Shown piece by piece: positions 9,243 through 16,869 of a stretch of DNA of 32,000 nucleotides; position 1 is the stretch's first letter, and every line of letters begins with the position of its first letter. Source of the DNA: Caedibacter taeniospiralis (GTDB lineage Bacteria; Pseudomonadota; Gammaproteobacteria; Francisellales; Francisellaceae); contig NZ_PGGB02000010.1 of NCBI RefSeq assembly GCF_002803295.2, forward strand, positions 1 to 32,000. Direction: 5' to 3'. Under the pieces are notes generated by a model. The model worked only from the letters and a program-made list of their open reading frames with translations. It did not search any database and was not told where the DNA came from. A program made the translations under genes and the position numbers.

Positions 9243-9268
9243 CATTCCCATGCTCCTGCGTGGGAATG
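9243..9268. repeat. REP-like hairpin, family 2
   Basis: CATTCCCATGC-TCCT-GCGTGGGAATG. Its core is the reverse complement of the 331-350 unit with one substitution. Confidence 0.55.
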
Positions 9269-9618
9269 CGTAATTTTATACCCTAAGGTAAATTTTAAAA
9301 ATCTCGTCCCTTTAGGATCAAACTATAAAAATGCTTTGCAATTACTTTTTTCCACTGTACTCTGTTTGCTTAGAGATAAATTTTCGGCAAAAGTACCTAA
9401 TTAGATGCGTTTTTACAATCGTTCATTTGTGTTAAAAAGCAGCTTAAACGCTTGTGGAGCCTGTTGTTTATTTCCTTTATCCTGTTGCTGTCGATGTAGC
9501 AAGCCTAATTAAGGTTTTCTCATTGAGCGTTTGTTTTCAAACACAAAATAATCACCTTTAAATTAGGCTTTTCTCCACAGTTTTATTATTTTTGTAAATC
9601 AAACAACAGGATAACAAT

Positions 9619-10839
9619 ATGATTAAATCAACACTTTTGTTTATTTTAGCGGCCCTTTTTTTATTTTTTGAAATGGCACTTCAAGTCTCCCCAGGCATCA
9701 TGACCTATGACTTAATGAAAAGTCTCAATATCGATGTCTTTTGGCTAGGGGTCACCTCTGGGGCTTACTTTATTACTTATACCTTAATGCAGATCCCCGC
9801 AGGTCTTTTTTATGATCGTTTTTCTGCTAGAAGTGTGATTTTGCTCCCGCTTCTTATTTGTATCATCGGGGGCTTTTTATTCGCGCTTGCACCTAACTTT
9901 TATTTAGCCGCCTGTGCACGTATTTTTATGGGCTTTGGTTCAGCCTTTGCCTTTATTGGCGTGCTTGTTGTTGCAAGTCATGTCTATAGCAAACGCTACT
10001 TCACTTTAGTTGCAGGAATCACCCAAATGCTTGCGGCTTTGGGTGCCATGTGTGGCGCACTGCCGCTGATTCCTTTGATCAATCATTTTGGCTGGCGTGC
10101 GACAATGATGATCATCAGTGGCTTGGGATTAATTCTATTCATCGCCATGATTTTTTATTTAAAGCTACCCAACAAACATCTAAGCAACACAGCTGCGACT
10201 AATTCTTGGGTTGCTTTTAAAAGCGTTGCCCAAAAATCACAAACCTGGATGATTGCCATTTACGCCTGCTTACTATGGATGCCGATGTCGGTAGTCGCCT
10301 CGCTGTATGGCATTCCCTTTGTCGAGCAGTACTTTAAGCTTTCCTTTTCATCATCAGCGACAGTCATTACCTTCATGTGGATTGGCATCGCCATTGGCAG
10401 CCCAATCTTTGGATTTTTAGCAGATAAAGCCCACAAACTTAAAGAAACACTGGTTGTGTGTGGCATGCTTGGGGTCATTTCTTTTGCCCTTATTACTTTG
10501 GTCCCAATCAATCAAGCCTTCTTGCTTATTTTGTTATTTTTTATTGCGGGTGCCGCATGCGCGGGTCAAGCGCTAAGCTTTTCCCTTGTTTCACGCAACA
10601 ACAAGCTCGAGCATCGCGCAACAGCAATCGGTTTTAACAATATGGCAGTCGTTATTTCTGGTTTTATCTTCCAGCCACTCATCGGCTATATTATTCGCAC
10701 AAGCCAAAGCACACCTGTAACCGATTACTTGTATGATGGCAACAGCTACCACAAGGGTATGCTGGTCGTGTTACTTGGTTACATTATTGCAACTATAACG
10801 GTTATTTTCTTTATTAGAGGGAAAACTAGCAGCACCTAG
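9619..10839 (+). CDS. MFS transporter, substrate unknown
   Basis: 406-aa ORF that is hydrophobic throughout, with about 12 predicted helices and an MFS-like loop motif (GLFYDRFSAR). Confidence 0.85.
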   Translation: MIKSTLLFILAALFLFFEMALQVSPGIMTYDLMKSLNIDVFWLGVTSGAYFITYTLMQIPAGLFYDRFSARSVILLPLLICIIGGFLFALAPNFYLAACARIFMGFGSAFAFIGVLVVASHVYSKRYFTLVAGITQMLAALGAMCGALPLIPLINHFGWRATMMIISGLGLILFIAMIFYLKLPNKHLSNTAATNSWVAFKSVAQKSQTWMIAIYACLLWMPMSVVASLYGIPFVEQYFKLSFSSSATVITFMWIGIAIGSPIFGFLADKAHKLKETLVVCGMLGVISFALITLVPINQAFLLILLFFIAGAACAGQALSFSLVSRNNKLEHRATAIGFNNMAVVISGFIFQPLIGYIIRTSQSTPVTDYLYDGNSYHKGMLVVLLGYIIATITVIFFIRGKTSST

Positions 10840-11225
10840 ACTCTGCAAAAAGAAATATTATAACTTGTAGCTTGAGGTGCTGGAGCGTTGAAGCTAATCA
10901 ACTTCTGCAGATCACCATAAAGCTCAACAGGTGTCCATGGTTGAGGCTGCCCTACATTAAAGCCAGTTTTATCCAGCCATTGCACTTGATACTGAAACTT
11001 TTGCGTTGAAGATTTCTTATTCTGCACCAACACTTGTCCTTGCAATGTGTCACCTGCTGAAGTTTTTACAACTGGCTGCATTGCCTTTAATTGACCAAAG
11101 CCTGAGCCAAAGCTCTCAGCCGATACCGTATTGGCAGGCAAGGTAATACAGCGACTAGCACATCCGCTTAAGCCCAACACTAAGATCACCAATAACCCAC
11201 TGCACTTTACTGCTTTAATTTCCAT
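10836..11225 (-). CDS. YcfL-like (DUF1425) lipoprotein
   Basis: Lipobox LGLSGC after a hydrophobic N-terminus, and a FQYQVQWLDKTGF motif resembling YcfL-family proteins. Its stop overlaps the MFS stop within a shared CTAG. Confidence 0.6.
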   Translation of the reverse strand: MEIKAVKCSGLLVILVLGLSGCASRCITLPANTVSAESFGSGFGQLKAMQPVVKTSAGDTLQGQVLVQNKKSSTQKFQYQVQWLDKTGFNVGQPQPWTPVELYGDLQKLISFNAPAPQATSYNISFCRV

Positions 11226-11268
11226 GTTTTATACCTCATTCTATTTAGTCCAACCACTCAGTCTGACA

Positions 11269-13173
11269 TCAGGACTCAGATAAAAAACTCTTTAGGGTTT
11301 CTGAACGTGATGGATGTCTTAATTTACGCAATGCTTTGGCTTCAATCTGACGAATACGCTCACGTGTTACATCAAACTGCTTACCAACCTCTTCCAAAGT
11401 GTGATCAGTATTCATATCAATGCCAAAACGCATCCGCAAAACTTTTGCCTCACGCTCAGTCAAAGTGCTCAGAATACCTTTGGTAACTTCTTTTAAGCTT
11501 TCACTTGTTGCACTATCCACAGGAGAGTCAGAAACTGAATCTTCAATAAAGTCGCCCAAATTAGAGTCTTCATCGTCACCAATCGGAGTTTCCATTGAAA
11601 TGGGTTCCTTAGCGATCTTCATGATTTTACGAATCTTATCTTCAGACATATCAATATGTTGACTCAACTCTTCAGGAGTTGCCTCCTTGCCCGTTTCTTG
11701 AAGAATCTGGCGCGAGATACGATTTAGCTTATTGATTGTCTCAATCATATGCACAGGAATTCGGATTGTGCGCGCCTGATCAGCAATTGAGCGCGTAATG
11801 GCCTGACGAATCCACCATGTTGCATAGGTTGAAAACTTATAACCGCGCCGATATTCAAACTTGTCAACTGCCTTCATTAACCCGATGTTTCCCTCCTGAA
11901 TCAAATCAAGAAATTGCAAACCTCGGTTGGTGTATTTTTTGGCAATCGAAATCACCAAACGCAAGTTTGCCTCAATCATTTCCTTTTTTGCGCGTCGTGC
12001 TTTTGCTTCACCAACTGAAATACGCTTACTTGCCTCTCTTAGATCATGGATTGACATATCCGCACGATCTTCGATAAGCCCAAGCTTTAATTGAATGGCT
12101 TTAGCATCTTCAACTACATCCACTAACTCTGGATACTTTTCAATACAATCATCTAACCAATTAATATCTGTTTCTCTCCCCTGGAAGTGAGAAACAAAAT
12201 ATTGTTTAGGCATTTTTCCCTTTTCAACACATAAACGCATAATCTTGCGATCATGCCCACGAATTTCTGTCACAAGACCTCGAATGGAGTTGATCATACG
12301 ATTCAATTGCGCACTGGTATATCGCATACTTAAAAACAAGACTGATATTTCGCTTGAAGCATTAACATACGCCTTACTGCCAACGTCCTGATCCAAAAGA
12401 TAATTAAACTTAAGCTCAAGTTCTGCAAATTTTTGGGCAGCAAATTCAGGATCTGGACCTGTGTCCTCTACGGTATCAACTGAAGCACTACCTGCATCCT
12501 CTTCATCCTCAGCAGTATCCTCTGGGGGATTATCCTCTAGAGTGGCTTCTGGGTTATCCAGCATTGAGCCAACATCAGTTCCTGAGGCATCAACTTCATC
12601 GTCTTCATTAAAACCTGAAATGAGATCTGAGAATTTAATGAATTCGTACAAAGGTATTTCTTCCCTTTCTTCATCATCAAGCTGCGTGTGTTCTTCACGT
12701 GCTGCATCCGTCAAATCCTGATAGCGTCCCAGCAAAGACTTAATGACATAGGGGTATTCAGACAGTGCGTTTAACACTTCCTTTGTGCCTTGCTCAATGC
12801 GCTTGGCAATTTCAATTTCTCCTGAGCGTGTCAACAAATCTACCGCACCCATTTCACGCATATACATTCTAACGGGGTCTGTTGTTCGTCCAAAATCCCC
12901 ATCCGAGGATAATGCCTGAACCGCATCCTCATCAGATGTGCTTTCGGATTCAGCCTCCAATAACAACAAATCTTCCACATCAGGCACCGATTCAAATACC
13001 TTTACCCCAACGTCATTGATCATCTGAATTACTTCTTCAATACGCTCAGGATCAGTGATCTCATCAGGCAAATAATCATTGACATCCGCATAGGTTAAAT
13101 AACCCTGCTCACGCCCCAATGCTAATAACTCTTTTATTCGCGACAGTTGCTGTTCTTTTGTTTGATCTGACAT
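11269..13173 (-). CDS. rpoD: RNA polymerase sigma-70 factor RpoD
   Basis: Region 1.1 ([15 protein letters not shown]), an acidic non-conserved insert, region 2 ([37 protein letters not shown]), and regions 3 and 4 ([27 protein letters not shown]). Confidence 0.97.
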   Translation of the reverse strand: MSDQTKEQQLSRIKELLALGREQGYLTYADVNDYLPDEITDPERIEEVIQMINDVGVKVFESVPDVEDLLLLEAESESTSDEDAVQALSSDGDFGRTTDPVRMYMREMGAVDLLTRSGEIEIAKRIEQGTKEVLNALSEYPYVIKSLLGRYQDLTDAAREEHTQLDDEEREEIPLYEFIKFSDLISGFNEDDEVDASGTDVGSMLDNPEATLEDNPPEDTAEDEEDAGSASVDTVEDTGPDPEFAAQKFAELELKFNYLLDQDVGSKAYVNASSEISVLFLSMRYTSAQLNRMINSIRGLVTEIRGHDRKIMRLCVEKGKMPKQYFVSHFQGRETDINWLDDCIEKYPELVDVVEDAKAIQLKLGLIEDRADMSIHDLREASKRISVGEAKARRAKKEMIEANLRLVISIAKKYTNRGLQFLDLIQEGNIGLMKAVDKFEYRRGYKFSTYATWWIRQAITRSIADQARTIRIPVHMIETINKLNRISRQILQETGKEATPEELSQHIDMSEDKIRKIMKIAKEPISMETPIGDDEDSNLGDFIEDSVSDSPVDSATSESLKEVTKGILSTLTEREAKVLRMRFGIDMNTDHTLEEVGKQFDVTRERIRQIEAKALRKLRHPSRSETLKSFLSES

Positions 13174-13316
13174 TAAAATCTCACTTTTACATTTATCTCA
13201 ATATTTGCTTATTTTATCACACCATGATCAAATACTCGGCGGTAACTATATTTCCGCCCATCACCCAGTGTGAGTTGTCAGTGTGACACTGATTACTCAC
13301 TGCTTCCCCATAAACT

Positions 13317-13346
13317 AATGGCACTACCTTAAGCACTAACTACCCC
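13317..13346. repeat. solo or truncated end of the MITE family (matches the left terminal repeat of copy B)
   Basis: AATGGCACTACCTTAAGCA at 13317-13335 is identical to 25401-25419. It is followed by CTAACTACCCC (compare GAAACTACCCC in copy B). No matching right end is visible. Confidence 0.5.
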
Positions 13347-13415
13347 ATAAACCCAGCCAAATGCTTTACGATGGGTATACACACGTACATGATGCGCGAT
13401 GAGCGCGTAGCCCCT

Positions 13416-15203
13416 TCATACCTTGTCTACTTTATGCAAAATTGTCTGCATTCTCTGCTTCTCTGGCGCTGTTAGGATAGATGTTTTTGCTTTTGCTATC
13501 AGGTGTTCTAATTCATTTTGACGTGCCTGCTTCATTATCTTATCTAACATTGCCATTAATTCATCAATAAGTTGTTCTGCTTCAAGCTCAATCTGCAGTT
13601 GTAAAAGCTGGTAGAAATAGGTTTTAAACAACTCATACTTTTCAATCAGCATCTGCACTAGCAAGGCAGAAGACAGCCCGTCATTTTGCCTGATTATATT
13701 CAAAGCATCAAGCAAAATAAAATGCTGTTCGGTGACGCACTCAAACTCTATTTCTATAGCTTGTTGCAACACTACTTTATGCACTTCTTGCGGCATATTC
13801 ATCATGTACGCCAGTGCTCTTTCGACCAGGCTTAGTTTATTTATATTCAACTGCCCGCATTTTGGTAGCATTTTTGATGAAGCATTCCTATCTGTAGACG
13901 CTTTTTGCTTTATCATTCGCTGTAATTGCAATGATGAGATATCTATTGCCTTGGCAAGCTGCTCTATTATCATCAGAGTGTAGGCACTTTCTGGCATGTT
14001 CTTTAAAATGCGTCTGGTTTCCTCTATCAATTGAGCCAGGCTATCCGCGCTGCTTAAATCATATTTGGTCACTAAATTATGGACAAAAAAATCTGCTGCA
14101 CTAAGCGCAGTTTCCAAAGATTTTGTAAAGCCTCCTAAGCCAAACACTTTGATATATGAATCTGGATCATGTTCTTGTGGTAGCAATAGAAAACGTGCTT
14201 TCTTATGTTCATTCAGTAGTGGCAATACCATTTCAAATGCTCGCAAGGCCGCGTTTTGTCCTGCATTATCTCCATCAAAGCACAACACAATCTCTGAGGT
14301 GTGACGAAATAAGGTTTTAATATGAGTTTCAGACAATGCAGTTCCTAAAGTAGCCACAGCCATGGTATATCCATGTTGATAAAGACCGATCACATCCATA
14401 TACCCCTCAACCACCATGATATGTGAAGGGTTTTTGTGTTGCTGTTTTAACTCATATAAGCCATATAACTCGTGACTTTTAAAAAATACGGGTGTCTCTG
14501 GCGAATTTAAGTATTTAGGATTTGCGTCTTTATTGGGTAATACTCGCCCACCAAAACCAATCACAAGTCCTTTACGATTACGAATTGGAAACATTAAACG
14601 CTCACGAAAGCGATCATATACGCGTGTTTTGTCTTTGCAAATAACCAAACCCGCCTGATCTAAAACTTCCAGTGAAAACTGTTTTCTCAACACCTCATAC
14701 AACGCCTGCCACTGATTTGGGGCATAACCCAGCTGAAAATATTTGATCGTTTTTGCTTCCAAGGCGCGCGCTTTTATATAATCAATAACGGCTGCTTTGT
14801 CGATATCATGACGCAAACACCATTGGTAATATTTATTTGCCATTTGCAAGGCTTCATATATCGATTTCGTTAGTTTCTCCTGCGATAAGTCCCTCTTGGC
14901 GTTCTCATAGGGGACTTCAAGCCCTTGCATATACGCCAGCTCTTCAATCGCTTCGACAAAGGTTAAACTATTGTAATCCGACAGGAAATCAATGACATCA
15001 CCCGAAACATGGCAGCCGAAACAGTGGTACATTTGTTTGTCTGGATTTACTGAGAATGAAGGCGTTTTTTCATGATGAAAAGGGCAACACGCCATATAAT
15101 TCTTGCCAGTTTTTTTAAGCGTCACATATTTTGAAACAACTTCAACAATATTTGTGGACGCCACGACCTGACGCACAAAAGTTACGGGAATACTTCCCCT
15201 CAT
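13416..15203 (-). CDS. dnaG: DNA primase DnaG
   Basis: Zinc ribbon CPFHHEKTPSFSVNPDKQMYHCFGC, a TOPRIM region (VVEGYMDVI, CFDGDNAGQNA) and a position between yqeY and rpoD. Confidence 0.95.
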   Translation of the reverse strand: MRGSIPVTFVRQVVASTNIVEVVSKYVTLKKTGKNYMACCPFHHEKTPSFSVNPDKQMYHCFGCHVSGDVIDFLSDYNSLTFVEAIEELAYMQGLEVPYENAKRDLSQEKLTKSIYEALQMANKYYQWCLRHDIDKAAVIDYIKARALEAKTIKYFQLGYAPNQWQALYEVLRKQFSLEVLDQAGLVICKDKTRVYDRFRERLMFPIRNRKGLVIGFGGRVLPNKDANPKYLNSPETPVFFKSHELYGLYELKQQHKNPSHIMVVEGYMDVIGLYQHGYTMAVATLGTALSETHIKTLFRHTSEIVLCFDGDNAGQNAALRAFEMVLPLLNEHKKARFLLLPQEHDPDSYIKVFGLGGFTKSLETALSAADFFVHNLVTKYDLSSADSLAQLIEETRRILKNMPESAYTLMIIEQLAKAIDISSLQLQRMIKQKASTDRNASSKMLPKCGQLNINKLSLVERALAYMMNMPQEVHKVVLQQAIEIEFECVTEQHFILLDALNIIRQNDGLSSALLVQMLIEKYELFKTYFYQLLQLQIELEAEQLIDELMAMLDKIMKQARQNELEHLIAKAKTSILTAPEKQRMQTILHKVDKV

Positions 15204-15212
15204 GACGACCTG

Positions 15213-15659
15213 TTAGGATAACTGTGATTTGATGATTAAACCAACTTTCCCCATATCAGCCCTACCGTTTAGTTCGGCTTTAATGGCACCCATAATTTTA
15301 CCCATGTCTTTAACTGATGACGCGCCCACCTCTAAAATAGCGCGTTGGATAATCCCAATAATTTCATCTTCTGATAAGGGTTTTGGTAAATAAACCTGTA
15401 AAATTTCTATTTCTTCCAGCTCTTTTTGTGCAAGCTCATCTCGACCTGCCCGTTTAAATTGCTCAGCCGAATCCTTCCTTTGCTTGATCATTTTTGTCAG
15501 AATGCCGATAACATCTGCCTCTGTTACTTCGACACGCTCATCAACCTCTTTCTGCTTAAACGCAGCTAACGCCATACGAATAGTCGATAGACGATTTTTG
15601 TCTTTGTTCTTCATTGAGGTCTTCATATCTTCAACAAGACGTATACGTATTTCAGACAT
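15213..15659 (-). CDS. GatB/YqeY domain protein
   Basis: 148-aa ORF matching the YqeY family pattern (MKNKDKNRLSTIRMALAAFKQKEVD...GKIMGAIKAEL...ADMGKV). Confidence 0.85.
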   Translation of the reverse strand: MSEIRIRLVEDMKTSMKNKDKNRLSTIRMALAAFKQKEVDERVEVTEADVIGILTKMIKQRKDSAEQFKRAGRDELAQKELEEIEILQVYLPKPLSEDEIIGIIQRAILEVGASSVKDMGKIMGAIKAELNGRADMGKVGLIIKSQLS

Positions 15660-15758
15660 TTATTAATCCTAACACTTTGATTTGGTGAGTTTATTTTTTC
15701 ATACACTTAACTACTACTGCAAATTAGGTCTTACCAGAATTTCCACCCATTTTTGCAA

Positions 15759-15803
15759 GGGCGTATACAATACGCCCCTCCGCACCATCTGTCGTGGGCG
15801 GAG
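15759..15803. repeat. REP-like hairpins (family 1 unit plus an adjacent hairpin)
   Basis: GGGCGTAT-ACA-ATACGCCC at 15759-15777, the same stem as at 29665-29683. It is followed by a CTCCGC...GCGGAG inverted repeat at 15778-15803. Confidence 0.5.
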
Positions 15804-15843
15804 ATATTATCGTTACCTGCAAATATGGCATCCATAAATGCAA

Positions 15844-15876
15844 CAGCCAACTATACCACAGAAGCATAGCTGGCTG
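15844..15876 (-). terminator. possible partial terminator or attenuator between rpsU and yqeY-dnaG
   Basis: The minus-strand RNA can form an 11-bp stem (CAGCCAGCUAU / AUAGUUGGCUG, one G-U pair) with an 11-nt loop, followed by UUGCAUUUAU. E. coli has a terminator at the equivalent operon position. The U-tract is weak. Confidence 0.35.
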
Positions 15877-15902
15877 GCTGATTTGCAACAATCTTTTTGG
15901 TT

Positions 15903-16112
15903 CTAGTGGTGAGGCATTGCTGAACCTGAACGCGATTGCTTCATTGAGCGCTTAACCGCTGCTGCTTTCTTGCGTTTGCGCTCCCATGTCGGCTTCTCAT
16001 AAAATTCTCTGCTACGAAGCTCAGAAACAATTCCCGCTTTCTCACAACTACGCTTAAAACGGCGGAGCGCAACATCGAAAGGCTCTGTTTCTCTTACACG
16101 TACTGCTGGCAT
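15903..16112 (-). CDS. rpsU: 30S ribosomal protein S21
   Basis: [42 protein letters not shown] is near-identical in pattern to E. coli S21. The ATG at 16112 has GAGGTG upstream; the GTG at 16121 in the track is less likely. Confidence 0.95.
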   Translation of the reverse strand: MPAVRVRETEPFDVALRRFKRSCEKAGIVSELRSREFYEKPTWERKRKKAAAVKRSMKQSRSGSAMPHH

Positions 16113-16406
16113 ATATCTCACCTCGCTTAAATGCCATTAAAACATCAACAACTCTATTTGTAAGGTCTAAATAAACAGGCTTACCTGCCACTTTAGTCCT
16201 AAAAATCAAACGCGCCAAGTCTACAAACTTTCCCTCCAAAAAGCAAATGCGTTTTGCTGAAATTTGCTCCAAAAATAATAGGCTTGGCAGGATTCCCACT
16301 CATAAATCTGTTGCAGCTTTTGATTAGGTAGCACATAATGCTGACGGCAATGACCATGTCATGGTCTTTGACTCTCTTGTGTTAATTGGCGAAGTGGCTA
16401 AATATT

Positions 16407-16853
16407 ATGATCCAAAGCGAAACTAAAAATCAGCTCATCATCGCAGATGAGCATGCGATGCTTGAACTTGGTAAAAAAATCAGCAAATCTCTCAAAAAAG
16501 GCGGTGTTATCTATCTTTATGGAGATCTAGGCGCTGGCAAAACTACACTTACCAAAGGTATTTTACAAGGTTTTGGGTTTACAGGGAGTGTCAAAAGCCC
16601 TACTTACACACTGATTGAAACTTATCCGATTAATGGCACCATCTTGCAGCACTTTGATTTGTATCGGTTAAGTGATCCAGAGGAGCTTGAATGGATTGGC
16701 ATTCGTGACTACTTCAACGGCGACAGCATTTCGCTGATTGAGTGGCCACAAAAGGGTGGCGACTTTCTGCCCCCCCCCACCAGGGAAATTCACATTGCGT
16801 ACACAGGTACAGGTCGTTCTGTCACCATACTACCTCTTGGGCTGACATTTTAA
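16407..16853 (+). CDS. tsaE: tRNA t6A37 biosynthesis ATPase TsaE
   Basis: GDLGAGKTTLTKG P-loop, SPTYTLIETY and HFDLYRL motifs. The start is uncertain between ATG 16407 and TTG 16386. It contains a C9 tract at 16770-16778. Confidence 0.9.
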   Translation: MIQSETKNQLIIADEHAMLELGKKISKSLKKGGVIYLYGDLGAGKTTLTKGILQGFGFTGSVKSPTYTLIETYPINGTILQHFDLYRLSDPEELEWIGIRDYFNGDSISLIEWPQKGGDFLPPPTREIHIAYTGTGRSVTILPLGLTF

Positions 16854-16869
16854 AAACCAGATCATCGAT

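Noticed and set aside
9220-9273. 17-codon mini-ORF (MNKFNQDLIPMLLRGNA) with a perfect AAGGAG-N5-ATG
   Set aside because: Its 3' half is the REP hairpin and there is no evidence of conservation. It is kept only as a note inside the finding on the long intergenic region.
10836-10839. Convergent MFS and ycfL-like genes sharing a CTAG so that both stop codons overlap
   Set aside because: This is a real but trivial consequence of compact gene packing, with no functional inference possible.
16054-16299. 81-aa minus-strand ORF overlapping the rpsU start region
   Set aside because: It overlaps rpsU out of frame and covers the divergent rpsU/tsaE promoter region, with no recognisable motif.
16352-16366. 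Perfect 15-bp palindrome GACCATG-T-CATGGTC in the rpsU/tsaE divergent region
   Set aside because: It is a single occurrence with no recognisable operator family. It could be chance in a 260-bp spacer.
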